From Spizellomyces punctatus DAOM BR117 (Eukaryota): DNA of 64,000 nucleotides. The stretch is taken from NCBI GenBank assembly GCA_000182565.2, contig KQ257467.1. One strand, written 5' to 3'. This document shows positions 46,211 through 60,488 of the stretch, piece by piece. Within the stretch, counting starts at the first letter, position 1. Each line of letters begins with the position of its first letter. Made by a program: the position numbers and the translations under genes. The notes under the pieces are model-generated. The model saw only the letters and a list, made by a program, of their open reading frames with translations, was not told the DNA's origin and made no database searches.

Positions 46211-49200
46211 TCATGCTGTCCCAAAACTATATAGTTTACAGACCGCATCAGCGCCTGCAGAAGCCATGCAATTTGAGGCTTCAGGATGAAAGTTGACCGC
46301 CCATATTCCCTCGTCATTCTTTTTTCGGTGCGAAGTATATTCTTGGACACACTTTCGTGTTGTCAGATCCCACCATCGTATTGAACAGTCATGACCTAGA
46401 AACAGTACCAGGAGTCAGAAGTCGCTTTACTTGCAATCGCCACAGTCAAAAAGTCTTACCCCCTGAGACCAGAGTAAGCCCATCTGGCGAGATATCCAGG
46501 GCTGAAACTGAATCTTGATGAGCGACCATCGAATGCGCACATTGTCCTACTCGCACGAATTAGTGAAAATATCATCTGACAATGACCACGGCTTGTACCC
46601 ACCTGTATTTGTGTCAAATATCCGAATATATCGGTCTTCATGCGCGGTAATGAGTAGCGGGAGGGTGGGATGGCAAACAACCTTGTTGATCTGTCCAGAT
46701 GTGGTGTTATCTAGTAGATAGAGTTCATTCATCAGCAACATGGTGAACAAGTCAACAGAAAGCTATGGTAGTGTACCAAAGGTTCCGTCATGTCGGCATT
46801 GCAACGTTTCCTGTCCAGTTTCAGCGTCGAAAATCTTTACGATGCTGTTCTGATACGACACCGCTATCCTGTTCAAATTGGTATACACCCAGTCCACGGA
46901 CGTCGGATTTTGCAGCCCGCTGCTTTCCGCTTCTTTTACCACGTCATTTGTACCTCCCCTATTTGCGTTCTCATACCATAGCGTGCTGCGCAGTTGCCAG
47001 TGCCCTGGTGTTGTATTCCATATCTTCAAAGCACCATCACTCGAAACGGAAGCCAGCCATGGGCATTGCTGCTGCAGCGGATGTAATTTCATATCCCAAA
47101 CAACGTCAGAGTGGCCGACATATGTATGCAACTTAAACTGCTTGGTATTCTCTATATGAGAAAGGAATTGTCATCAGTAAAAGGTGGCGTCTCGAACCGG
47201 AACGCTAGTTGCGAACGTACGGTAGCTAGCATATGGATCTCTTGTCAATGGTGGTATGCGCCACACACGGATAGTTGCATCGACACTTCCTGTATAACAT
47301 GTTTGTCCATCCGCTGAAACAGCGAGTGACGTCAACGGTTCAGTATGCCCGCGGAAGGTATAAACGGGCTCCAGCTCCGGTAGCATTCTGAAAAACAGAT
47401 AGAAAATGCACAATTGTTACAAATCTAGCCTCAGCCTCCAAAAGTGCATACAAATGCTCACTTGCTACGATCTTCCAATTTGCCGATATTCCAGAGTTTC
47501 GCGGTATTATCCTCAGACGCAGTAACCAGGGCACCATCATTGGTTGAGAATGCCACAGCGCGAATGGAATCCATGTGACTAAGGAGAAAGATTTCAATGC
47601 GTGATTTCTGGTTAACTAAGATTGGGGAATGACATACTTTCTCAATACCGCTTTGGGCCGCCAGATTTTTTGGTTGGCGGGTTTTGCCGAACCCTTTTTC
47701 TGGTTGCGCGGTGCACATGTTCAACTGTCAGACTGTTTGCGATGCCCACAATCACTCTGCACTAAACCCACCTTGGCCCCTTCGTCCACATCGTCTTCGT
47801 TCAAAGTCAGTGTGGCCAATCCCCCATCCAAAGACAAAGTATTGGCAACGACGGACGGAATACCGCCCGGCTTTGCCTCTGCTGCAAGATCGGGTTGTTT
47901 GGTCATCAGAGAGAAATAAACTTGCAGGATATGTTTACATACCAGGACTTTTTCGTTTGGCATGAGCACCCTTTCCTTCTAAGCGGCTCATGACTTTGCT
48001 AACTTTCTCAGGAGTCAGCTTCAGCTCTTGCATCTCATCTGGCGTCTAATAATTCGCAGGGATCTTAATTCACATCGTCTAATCTGCGTCATGGGGTTGC
48101 ACAGCAGTATTCGTCATACCAATCGTCCGTCATTAACACGGCTTTCTTTCCGCTCCTGGCCTTGCTTATCCTTCGGTTTCTTAGAGTCTTGATTGGATGC
48201 CTTATCAACAAGGGATTTTACTGCTGGCTCTTTGCCTTCCACTGCCTCCTCCGGGGATTGGATGCGCGCATCATTGGGAGCATTTTCTTGTGCTTCTGGC
48301 GGGCTGGTGTCCACCTTTGGCACTTTGCTTCCTTCAGTATGTTCTGCAGCTGCCGGCGTCTCGCGCTTTATCTTGGTAATGACGCGCTGCGGTTCACCTT
48401 GAATGACTTCTGATGCAGATTCTTCCGAGGCAGCCGCGGCAAATTGCCGCGCTGTTGGTAACGTCCCGCGAGCCCTTGCCGCCTCCCGCTTTCCAATCAC
48501 TCTTCCCAATGCTTCCGGGTCCGCAGTAGATTCGAGCCCAGAAGGATCTTCATTGCCGCTTGCCGCGGTTTTCGGGTTCACCGAAGGGGAGACATTACCT
48601 CCGGTTGTGGATGTTGTCAACAAGTAGCTCATTTCCCGCAGGTAACTATAAAACACAAGCGTCAATCAAACAGGCTAACCAGTGGTTTTTCGGAGACAAT
48701 TGCCCACTTTTTTAAGATCTCTTTACTTCGCACATGTCCATATCCTTTCGAAAAGTTCAACAACGTCCCCATCCCACCACCAGAGAAGTTGAGAGTACCA
48801 TAGTTGGAAGGAGCGGATAGCACCGCCTCAGGAAGAGTCGGTACATTTTCTGTTGGAGCCGACATGCCTGAAGTTACTGCATTCGGCTGCGTAGCCGCTG
48901 CCACTGCATCTTCTGATGATGGTGATACGGTTTGCTTCTCTTGTCGTAATTTGGTGAACTTATTCCTAACAACCATGAGGTAAATAGCTGTCATGACGGC
49001 GAGCCACCTTCAAGAACAATTTCATCGATGCTACCTTTCCTGTCGCAAGGCGTATTCTAACATCTTAACCCTTCGCATCAAATCGGTCCGAAGATTCTCC
49101 ATTCCCCTCCGCTCACCCTCCAGTAGTGCTATTCGCGCCTGAGAAAATCCAAACGATTAATCCATTAGCTTCGTGTATCCGCATCAATTGAAAGCGTCAC

Positions 49201-49494
49201 AGCGCTGCTAATAGAGGTCGCTCACGCAGAGAGTTTCGATTTCTGTCAATTTGCCCCGCCAAACTTGTCAGCTCAGAGACATGAATGACTAACCTTCAGG
49301 TCAGCCCTTTCTATTTCCCATTCATTTCGCTCTCTTTCAAATTTTCGCCACTCTACTTGAAGAAAATGTAGAACACCGGGCAAAGTATATGTTGCAACCC
49401 CAGTAGCAGAACCGTTGCTGTCGTTAAGTACAGTCGTCCCCTGCGATATCCCCGCGCTGCCTCGACTTGCTTGTTGTGCAGCGGATCCCGACAT
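46211..49494 (-). CDS. STRN: Striatin (STRIPAK WD40 scaffold, Far8/Pro11/STRN)
   Basis: YTLPGVLHFLQVEWRKFERERNEWEIERADLK; ARIALLEGER...RVKMLEYALRQER; WD repeats SHMDSIR, TFRGH, AHEDRYIR, HRKKNDEGIW. Confidence 0.95.
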
Positions 49495-50333
49495 AGCTTG
49501 TATAAGCAGAACAGAAGTGGGAATGTGTCGAGATCACTCGTGGTGTGCAGCTCGCAGGATTTGTGATGGTTGTGAGAGCGTTGACCGTTCGGTGGTGAGC
49601 AAGAGAACACAGAAACTGCCTGATCGCACGCGTCCGAACGAATCTCGTCCTATGAAGGGACGCCTTCGTCTTGCTACGATGGTGATAGCGAATAGGTGAG
49701 GAGTCTATATCGCGTCAGGCTGACCTTTCTCCCATGTAACGTTTGGCCGCGAAGAAATCGTCGGGTTGTTTTTGTCAAGTCGTCCAGGCTGGTCGCGTAC
49801 GTCCCATGCAAGGGATAATGCGTTCCAAATCGGGACAAATGACGATCCTCCAATCCCCGCCAGCAAAAATCGTTGGAGGACAACGAAGACGACACCGACA
49901 GCAAAGGCGCAGGCAAAATGCAGCAATGCAGCAGGACTTGGACTCTTTTTAACAATTAGGACTGGGAAAATAGTCAAGGCTTTCAAGACATTCAAGAATG
50001 ATCGACGAGTCGTCGATGGAAAATGACAGCTGCCTTTGCTCCAAATGATCAATAATCGGTCATACCGCAAACTTCTCTTGACATTACAGTAGACCATCTT
50101 GGCGGCAGTTGGTAAAAGTACTGCAAATTGTACTGCCCACAACGATAGCACAGCGTTTATCCCCTCTGCATACTTGTTCATATCGACTAAGCCACGACAT
50201 AATGATGCGCGCGATGACAAACCAGAGTAAGCCACGGCGACTATCGGCGGAAAATCGTGTAGAGCGTTCGCTTTGTTGAAACAATCTCCGCAATATTGGA
50301 ACTCCAGTGTCATAGGAAGGCTCTGAAGCAGAT

Positions 50334-51786
50334 ATGGATTTGCAAATCCCTGTGGTAGAAGAAGAGCTTGTCGATTTTCGTCAGAAATGGCGAGAGGAAG
50401 TGAGTGCAAAGGTCGCGGCAGCTCCGTACAGCACGACGTCCCCGGCGTCCTTGTCGGACAAAGCTTTGGAACGAACTCCAAATGCCACACTTCAGAAATC
50501 CGCAGCCTCTGTCGCACCACCTTTGGCGTCTTCGTCCTTCGCCGCAATGCCTTCTGTCGCCGTTGGGAAGCTCACGCAAAGCAGCCTGGTTGAGTCGATC
50601 TCGGAACAGGGCAAAGAGCTGCCTAGTGAAGCAGAGGATCCAAGTTTGGAGGCCTATCTGTTGGGAACTAAATATGAAAGGTTTGTTTTACGGTGTATTG
50701 CTTCTCCGAATGTGCTTCCATAACATGCAAATGTCACAGGATGGGGAATTTATCAGCAGCGTTGACCTCATATCGAGATGCCGTCCGTCTGGACCCGCAT
50801 GTAGAGCAGCGCTTCCGCAAGATGCTTTTACAACCTTCTCACCCAATACACACCCATCAAGAGAAAGAATCAGACCCGAATTCTGAATTCTATACGTACT
50901 ATGATTTTCACGAACACACCCACACAACCCACAATGATCATGCGAACGAGATAACCGATCTGGTTGAACGCTTTCAAGCTTTGGATGTGGCGTTCATGCC
51001 ACACATCCTGGACCGTAAAATAACACTCGCCAAACTGCCTTCCGAAATCGTAACTCAGATCATACACTGGGCGCTCCTTTTGCATGGTCATGACACATTT
51101 TGCTCGCTGTCCTTGGTGTCCAGGAAAATGCTTCTCTTATGCCGCGAACAGTCTGTATGGCGATTTGTATGCGAAAAAGTCCATTATCCTGGGATGGGAT
51201 TCCGTTCTGTGGCTGAGGAATTGCCACTGTACAAGGGCAACTGGTTCAATATGTGGTTAGACAGACCGAGGCTTAGAAGAGATGGGCTGTACATATCCCG
51301 AGTAAACTATGTACGAACGGGTGAAGCGCAATCGTTTTACGCACCGGTTCATCTGGTGACATATTATCGGTACCTCCGATTCTTCCCGCATAAAGTTGTC
51401 TGTTGGACAACGACAGTAGAACCGGCGAAAGCCGTACAAGTGCTACTATCGGACGAAGTGTTGCAAAAGGGTTCAATGTCGGGCGAATATCTCCTTTCCT
51501 CCAATCATCTGTACCTACATATGCGGGCGCACGATCGACCGGGAGTGTCTTTCAAGTGCAATCTGACACTCGCCAGCAGCCGCCGAGGCAAACATAATAA
51601 GCTCAAATGGGGTAAGCAAGCATTCTGCTAGACAAGAATCGGTTCGCTGTCCTCATCAATATTTTCACAGTGGAGTATTGGCAAGAGCGGGATAGTGACT
51701 CGTCGTATCGGTCAGATGTACCCACTAGAACACTTCGGACCTTTTATTTCTCTAAAGTACGGTCATACCCAAGATCCCTTTTGTAG
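50334..51786 (+). CDS. HRT3: F-box protein, FBXO9/Hrt3/Pof7-like (3 exons)
   Basis: ELVDFRQKWREEV; TPR-like YER.GNLSAALTSYRDAVRLDP; F-box LAKLPSEIV; RPRLRRDGLYISRVNYVRTGE; PVHLVTYYRYLRFF; FYFSKVRSY. Confidence 0.88.
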
Positions 51787-51853
51787 GGGAAATTTACAGC
51801 GATATCTACAGTAGATCTGTGCAATTGCAATTGTATATATTCATGTACCATGT

Positions 51854-54800
51854 TTATTGCTCCTCCATCATGATACCTAATTTCTCCATACCATTAAGTA
51901 TCTTTGCGTTCAGTTTGACCCCATGTTTAGCCTTCACACGAGCATAGTACACTGGACAATCCAATGATATGCACGCCGAATCCAAATCTAGGGCGGTACT
52001 GTGTCCAGAGCAAGAACGACAGACACGCTGCAATTGGATATATCGTTTTTCCGATTCGCTTATGCGACGCGCGAGCTTGGATGCAGACGTCTGAGGATCC
52101 CTTGCGCATGAGCCACAGATCTCTAGCAATCCTCATTAGAAAAAGATATATTCTCGCCCCTTGTAGAAAGAAATGTACAAACCGTTATGTGTCAACTCAT
52201 GACACACGAGACAATGCTTAGCCACATAATATTGATCAATGGTTTGCCCAGGACCATTTCTCAACTGTTGTTGCAATTCGGGCCGCATTTGCGATGCGGT
52301 AAACTGAATTGCTCGTTGTACCTTAGGCATCTCGTTGAACCAGCTTTCGACGTCTAGTAGAAATTTCTTTGGTTCAGGAGCGCACCGGCACTTTATGAAC
52401 AATGGGAGTCTCCATACCTGCCCCTACAAGAGCGAAGACTCTCGACAAAGCCGGGATTATCTGTCTTGTAATATAATACGTCCCATGTAATTGCAGTGTC
52501 CTTCCCCGCGAAATTAATGAGCGCATAGTGTCGACAAATCAACTTGCGTCACGTACCTGCTATTTAGGAGCTCTTCTGGAGGTACAACAGAATCTATCAA
52601 ACGATAACCCGGTCCGCCATGAACGACCACATACGGCACTCTCTCCCCATATTGAGGTTCAGATCGTCCATCCACGGCCATCTTTTTGGTACTGATCAGT
52701 GCGCCAGGTGGTGGGGGACCCCGGGCACTGTTGAACGGTACAACTATATGAACTCTCAATCCTGGCATATAAACCAACGGCCAACTTTACCTGTACGTTC
52801 CGAGCTTTACTTCTTTCGCGATGATGAAATCCTGTATAGACACGCGACCCGACAAGATTTTTGTCCATTGTCGATAGAGGTGCTCCTTCACTCTTGACAG
52901 GTCTTGAGTGCGGAACAGGATCCTGCGGCAGTGGACCGTCCGTCAGGACTAAATAAACATTGATACGAAAAGGTCACTGCTCACTTCAGACATTGTTCCA
53001 TAGTCTTCGCTACCGCGGGGCAGCCGTCCCTTCGCACAGTTTCGATTCCCTTAGCATCGAAACCGGGCTCCTTTTCATCTGGACTTTCGTATTTGAATCC
53101 CACATACCGCTTCTTCGCTAGGAGAACACATGGATGGTATACCTGCCGATCCTTGTAAATGAACCAAAGCAACCAAAGCAACTGCTTAAGAACCTGGCGC
53201 GCTACCTTCTCGAATTTGAGTTTCACAGGCTCGGGGTTCATTTTTGTGATGGTATCGACGATGTCTTTACCGATGCGGAAAGCATCGTCCTTGCTCACGT
53301 TTGGAAGATAGACAAAAAGAGAGTCAGTGTCTCCATAAACCACTTTTGCGCCCCATTTCGCGGTGCTGTGGATCCGTTCAATAGCCTGGGATTGCAATTG
53401 CGTCAATCACCTTCAATCCAAATTCATGGTTAACAATTGAGGCCTTTGCAGACCTTTTCCAAAGTAGCTCGGCCAGTTTGCACTATAGCATCAGCAATGT
53501 CAACGCATGGCATGCGACCTGAAAAGCTGGCACCCGTGTAACCATAAGTGACGTTTGCGATGAACTTCAAGCCCAATTGTCGCGCTTCTAGAGTCCGCAG
53601 CACGGCCTTTAAGGTATGAGGTTTAACATCAGAAATTACAATTTCTCTTCTGGGAGTCATACTTTATCATCCTTATGAATCTTCATTGACTGCTTGACCA
53701 TAACTCGAGTATCCAAGATTTCTGATAGCATTCGCCTTAGTGTACCTTCGCGAATGTGAGGCTGGACAAATACGAGACCATTCGGAGATACTAATGTAGG
53801 GTTAATAAAGAGGGAGACGGCTGATGACAAACAAAGCTTTTGACGGCCTACCGTTCAAGTGATCCTTGAACATTTCCACGAATTCTACCGGTACTTCAAA
53901 GTCGTCTAAAACGCCAAACTTGTGCGGCTTCCCAACGGACTGAATCCGCCCCAAGCAAGTCGAATAACTGACAAAGTAAATTCTGTAAGCTATCGCTCAC
54001 TTTGAACAGCGCATACATGCACCATTGCCGTACCAATAATTGTATGCAATCATTACGGAGGGATATAATGATTGGAAATCGAGTACCAGCAACGGACTGT
54101 TGTAGAACCGAGACTGTGGCTCCATGACGAGCGGGATGCATTCACACGCGCGTTGCGCTGCCACCTGCAAAGAAAGCTCTTAGGTGCGTGGGGTAATACC
54201 TAGAACCGCCCTCCTGAACAAACCTGCTTTCTGCTGGGAGACACCATAATGAAATTCTCTGGCTTTACGATCCGAGCCATGATGGATTCAACTTTGAACT
54301 GTGATCCTCGCGTAATGACCGAGTAGAAATCAATACCAAAAACACGAGCGAACTCGCTAGTCAAACAGGGTACCACACTCCACTATTAGCGGCGCTTTAT
54401 CTCCCACAAGAGCAGGCAGTACATACCTTGTACGACTTATCATTTGTGTATCTTCCAGCAGTTCAACATTGTACTGCGTACGGCTGATGTAGTATTTGAT
54501 AGTTCGCCATTTATACAGCATTCCTTTGTCGTACCATTCCGTCAGAGTCCGATGGGCATATTTTGGAACTCTAGTCAGCATGAGTAAATCGGTGCTCCTT
54601 GCCCAAAACTAGCATAGGGAACTCCAAACCTCTTGTGCAAAACATGATACGCCGTACTCTCCAGGCTGTACGACGTCAGGTTGAGCTCTGATCGCATTAA
54701 TCGCCACACATTGAGAAAGATACGCCCAGTGCAGTGCAAGTGTGACTGCTTGCGGAAGCCCCACGAATCCTCGTCTCGTCCAAACTTGGTGTTTGCGTTA

Positions 54801-57800
54801 TCCGGCAAAACTCGAGAGAGCTCAGTGCATAAATCAATATCTGATTTCAAAATGATTGTCAGATGAGCGGCATTTGCCTTAGTCCAATTGATAGACGTTA
54901 CCAAGTGCGACTCGAGCGCGCTCAACGAGATAACCCCAGGACGAATTGTGTATCTCGTACCCTATAAGCAAATCGGGATCGAATGATCGCACTCGGTCCA
55001 CAAGTTTTTCAAACAAGTCTTTCTCGCTTGAAACTGAATCTACCACGTAACCTTTTCAAAAGTGAATGTCAGGCCGTACTGTATTCTAAAGATACTTTGC
55101 TTCTCATACCACTGATTCCAGTTTTGTTGAGGTGAAAGTCGTCTTGTATCATTATTACACCAACATGGGATCTGACGAAAGCGGAATCACATCATAGAGA
55201 GAGATTTAAAATGTCATAAACTTCCCCCTACAACCGATTTAAAGGCGTACCCAGGTCTATGTCCATTGCTCTTATATCGACGTTCGTCCTCATTCTGCAA
55301 GCAGTAGAAAACCGCACAAACTGGATCATGCCTCGGATCAGGCATAAAGTCCTCTCGGGATCGTGCTAAACATTGAGGTGATGTCAACATACGCTAAATG
55401 AGGAACTCCCGCATGTTCTTACCGTGCAGCTCCAAACTCATTGTGCAAATATACTCTTTTTCCTGATGAACTTTGTTGACGTTGATCTGACTATATTTGA
55501 ACCCATAAGGGTTCTTAGGCGTTGGGGCTTCAATCTAGACCAAGATAGTGAGTAAGCTTCGAAATTGTTGTCTAGAGGCAGGCATTATCTGGTTTCCTCT
55601 ATCGTACTTGTGATACATCTTCTGGCTTTCGCCGTACAGAGAGACTCTTCTGTGCCGCAATAGCTACAACGGACAACGTTGAATACAATGAAACCTTTTG
55701 CTAGTGGGCAACAATTACGCACGTTCACTTTCAACAACGACATCTCCCTTGACGTTAGTTTCCTTTCTTGACGGATTGTTCTTTAGCCACTCCATCACAT
55801 GGGTGCGGGAAGGTGGACATGACGCTAATGTCCACACGAACAAAGAACTTGGAATGAAGCTCCTATCCACAAATTTAGTTCATATGCTCGGCGTCTGAGG
55901 ATAATGAACAATCAGTTCATAATTACCTATCACCCTCAAATACGTTGATCTCCTCCTTCCAGAATGCCAATCCTTTGATTAGCTCACCCGGAACTCCAGT
56001 AGAGCTCTGTAATGTCGAGGAATGACAGCCGGAAGTATCGAATTCTGATAAATGCTCAGTATCTTCCGGTTTGAATTTAAACTCCCTTCCAGCAAATACT
56101 TTCGGCCGTGGAGGAACATCAAGAGGATTGCTGAAATGTGGTTCCCGGTAGAGAACTTTGGGAATATCATAAGTGGCAAGAGAGAGAACGAGCTCATCCG
56201 CGGAGGGAGGAGGTGCAAACCGGTAACAGGCCGTTGAATGTCTTTCTTCCGCAGATAGGGAGAATCTTTCCGACGGAGTACTACTTGGAGCAAGTTCCAA
56301 CTGCGAGACAAACGATTGTAAATGAGTTCGCGAAGGTGGTGCCTCCATGAGAAGTGTTGAAGGAAGTCTGTTGCCGCCAGCGAACGATGTTGTCTCACAA
56401 GTGTCCCGGTTGACTTCATCATCACAAGGAGGAGGATCCTGCCGATCCTTATCTACGATGCTGCCAGATGACGAAGGAGATGTTTGCATGCCATCCAATA
56501 TCGGTGTGGCCTTGGTCTCAGAAACTAATGATTGCATCTCGGAATTGAGTCTTTTGGTCGCGACCTCTTGCTCCTCAGTTTCCATCTGCTCCGCGGTGGT
56601 AGAGCTTATTCCATCGTCGATAGAACCCTCACTATCGCTGTCAGTCTCCATCGGGGACCCAGAGTGTCCCCCAGGATCGTACTGGTCTGATCCATGTATC
56701 GTCTGGTCATACTCCGCAAAGTGAACTGTTTTGGAGACACTTTGAGGGGCATCAGCATGTGAAGATGGTTGTTCGGGGTCACCACGTGCTGCCTCATGCA
56801 CTGTCTCCTCCAAAAATGTTTTCTGATTTGGGAGTTCAGAAGGGGAGCCGACAGAGGGTGGGTCGCAGATGAAGGAGGATAACTCAAAAGGGATCTCCTC
56901 AACTGCTGGAGGAGACCACATACCCAATATTGACGAAGTAAAGTACGTAGAAGAAGGGACCGACTCATCTCGGTCAGACTGGGAACGGAAGTGATCCATC
57001 TGGTCGCCGCTGTCCGAGCTGCTGTCGGACCAGTTCACTGAGTCAGTCAAGCGTACGGGCGATCTTTCCAGAGCATCACAGTATGCTTCATTCTGAAGTA
57101 TGCTAGTGGCACCCGCCGGGTTCTCGTGGACGAATTCGGCAAAAAAATCATCTGGTCCAGACAGCTCAGTAGTAACTGACCGGGGACTGGATGGAGGAAA
57201 ACATAGCTCGTCATCGACGCGTTTCCGTGAACTATTCTGGACAGAATGTATGGGAGACCGCTCGTGAGAAGATGACAACGGCTTGGGGCTCCCAGCCACA
57301 ATGCGGCGACGTTTGACCGGTATTTCGATGCATACGAAAGAGCCAGATCGAGGAACTGGGCGGGATGGATGGCATCGATAGGAGGGGGGTCTAGCGGTAT
57401 TAGCCACATCATTTGGTTCATGCAGGTCGTCTGAGGAATCATCCACGTAACGAATCGGACGTTTGCGGCGTGCGGCTGAGAATGGAAGTGGAGAGCTTGA
57501 AAGTGGAACGTCGTGCGGGCAAGAGTCAACATCTGCGATATTGGTCTGAGAATCTTGAGTCCCCGAGTATCGAGTGTTCTTCTGCAGTAGAGACGTCGGT
57601 GGAGTATCACCCGCTCCATCCACTTGCGGGATACGCCTGTTGAACGAGGTATGAGGAGAAGCTCGCGGTGAAGTTGGAGAATCTGTCAACCTCTCCTCAC
57701 GATCATGCCCACTAACAATTTGCTGTCCAATCACTGGAGAATCATCCACATGCGAACTCTCCCCAACAGCATGGCCCCTGTCATCAATTTCATTCTCAAC

Positions 57801-60251
57801 AGGACTCCGGACTAATGCATCAAATGACGTCTGCACGCGCATATAATCGCGCGGTGTTGAGAGCAGCTTCTCAGACCACGGGGTACCGGCAGCCAAGTGA
57901 AACAATGTTTTTGGTGTACTGTCTCGGCTCAGTGGGTGGGTGCCAATCCGTTGCTCCGAACAGAGGGGTAATGAAGAACTGGTGTGGCTGGAGCCAGGGT
58001 CACTATTTTAAGTTCCAGATGACTCAAAATGGGTAGACAGACGTTTTTTCAAGGGCAATGTGGATCCTCTTACCAATGCTTTGGTGCGCTCCCACGGCTC
58101 TTCGGTGTAGGCGATGTGGGAGACGTAGCCAGAAATACATTTCGCTTGGTGGTCGGGGTTGTCCTCTGAGTCACTGACGAAGCTTCCTGGACTGATTTTG
58201 CCGGTGTCGACGTGGGCGTGCGCGGATCATCGTAGATCAATGATAAATCCTCCAGTTCTTCTTCTTCCTCGCGTTGCAAATCCTGCGGTTCGGAATCTCG
58301 ATCCTCTCCACCATCCTCAAAGTTTTCCCGCTGGAACTGATCCGGCCAAGCCTGGTCAATCATCTCATCTTCATCCTGACCATTCGCCATCCAATCAAGG
58401 ATCTCAGCAGCCTCTTTTTCTCCTTGAGACTAGAAGGGATTACTTTATATTCCGTCCTACGTACTCTAATCCAATATTAGAGACATCTACATACCTGTTG
58501 GGAGGGAAACGCTTGTGTTATCCTGTCGATATCTACTTCGATCTCCACGTCATCAAATAACTGCGAGTAGTCTTGCGCTGATAAGCTGTTACCCGCATGA
58601 ACAGGTGACGACTGTAACTGTTGCTCCTTCCTACTAGCATCATCACCGGACTCTATGGGTCGGACTCTATCAGCTCGGACAGCGGGAACTGATTGAAAGG
58701 CAGTGAGCACGTCGTCCATTAGCGCAGAGACAGACTGCTGAACAGATCGTGCTTGTCCATTCGCTTTTCTATGTTCATCCAGCTCCCCACATGCGCGACG
58801 AATCTGGTCACGCAGTCGCTCTTCATTGCTCCAAGGGGAGTATGGGAGTCGTTCACCAAATGGAGTTGCATTCATTGACAAGTTCGCCTCTAAACCCTTG
58901 GCCAGCCGCCGGTCGCGCTCATCCTAAATACACGGTGAGCAGAGAGCGGTAGCCTTTTGCTTTAAAGTAGGGGAGGACCTCCCGTTACCTGCCAAATCGC
59001 AGCTAATGATGGAACAAGTTTGGTGTCTTCCAGGTTTAACTGGCCCTTTGCAATATCTACAAGTGCAGTTGCTGGTCGCTCTTCTATTGTATGGCGATTC
59101 AAGATATCCGTCACCCATGTATCTAGTTCCAATTCGCAATAGCTCTGCCGCCTTATCCCGTAACGTGAGGGCCACTTGTATCGACCGTCGAGGTGCTCGT
59201 CCTTAAAAATTTGGGTTCCGCTCAGTGGAATAAGGGGATGCTCTCCACGGGAAATATCTATACTTCTTCCCAATTAGTTTACTACGCTCAAGCCGAATGT
59301 GCGATGGTTCTCCCCACTTACCCAGTATAGGCATCCGAAATCTTGCATCAGCCAATCGCATAAAATCCATGCCGTAGAGATTGTAATCAATGAAGAATTG
59401 GTGAAGGTAGGGTATATGGGCTTCAAAAGGTTGAAAGGCCTTTCCTAGAACACTTCCACTTTCCAATATCGCGACTATCCTATTGACCAAATTAGGATTG
59501 AGGGTTTTATAGGAGTTAAAGAGATGATAAAGCAAAGAAGCCAAAGGGAAAGACAAAACAAACGAAAAGACCACTAATTTTGTGAAGAAGGATATAGATT
59601 GATTTTGAGAAAGAATTGGTATTCGGCATGGAATCCGTAAAAAGGAATGCCTTTAACAAGTATAATGGATGCAATGTACAGGCTCTTTCCGGTGTTTCGC
59701 TGATTTTGGCCAAGAGCGAGGGCAGTGGCATGATTCAGACTCGTGCCAAGCTTATGAATATAGAGCCGTACTATGTAACCAAGGATGTGAGAAAGGGGGG
59801 GATTTGTCTACCCGCAGTTTGTCTGGCTGTATCTGCATATTTACCTCCTTGCGGGTCAAGTGGCCCGTCATAGGGAATATAGATATATGGATAGGCCTAG
59901 CAAGGAGCGCAATTCAGAAGTATTAGACATCTCTTTTTACTCTTGCACAAGTATATAACGAGCGGAAACGAGCTCTGCTCATTCTGGCGCCTCCTCAAGG
60001 TTTTTTTGTAGTTTTTCATTTGTAGTTACCTGATGTACATGGACACAGGCCTTCTGACCATTTTCAGTAACACCAAATATGCGAATAATGGGAACTTTAA
60101 ACCCCTTGGCTCCCGGGGCGGAAAACTGCGTTGCGCAATGATCTGTGAGTGGATTCGGGTACGCCAGATAGTGATCTAGAGTGATGATCCGAATCGATAT
60201 CAGTGGTTCCAGAGGTCGTGCATTATCCTCAGCTCTATGCAGCGGTTCCAT
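51854..60251 (-). CDS. REV3: DNA polymerase zeta catalytic subunit (family B)
   Basis: VPIIRIFGVTENGQKACVHVHQ; PFEAHIPYLHQFFIDYNLYG; LDFQSLYPS; KFIANVTYGY; YGDTDS; KKRYVG; C-terminal Cys clusters (CLVC, CGSC, CRSC, CISLDC). Confidence 0.97.
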
Positions 60252-60488
60252 TCTTGAAAATGGTGCACGACAACTGTGGGATGGAGAAAGATGCGCCGGT
60301 CATTTTCCCATGACCGCGATCTGGGGACATGCTTTGGTCGGCATGTCTGTCAATCGGATGATCACGTGGCTTTCCAGATATCAAGGCTGCTATTTATTCG
60401 ATGCAAATCATCGTTTAATTGGAGGATGGTCAAAAAGCAAGTATCGTATCTTGCTGTTGTCCATTAGTTTATAATATAAGAATGTCCT

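Noticed and set aside
49705-50547. 280-aa minus-strand ORF as a confident gene
   Set aside because: Non-ATG start overlapping F-box exon 1 in antisense and no recognisable domain; only noted as a weak finding.
55923-57905. 660-aa ORF as a separate gene or inserted element
   Set aside because: It is the low-complexity central exon of REV3, ending in the REV3-like YREPHFSNPLDVP..FAGREF motif.
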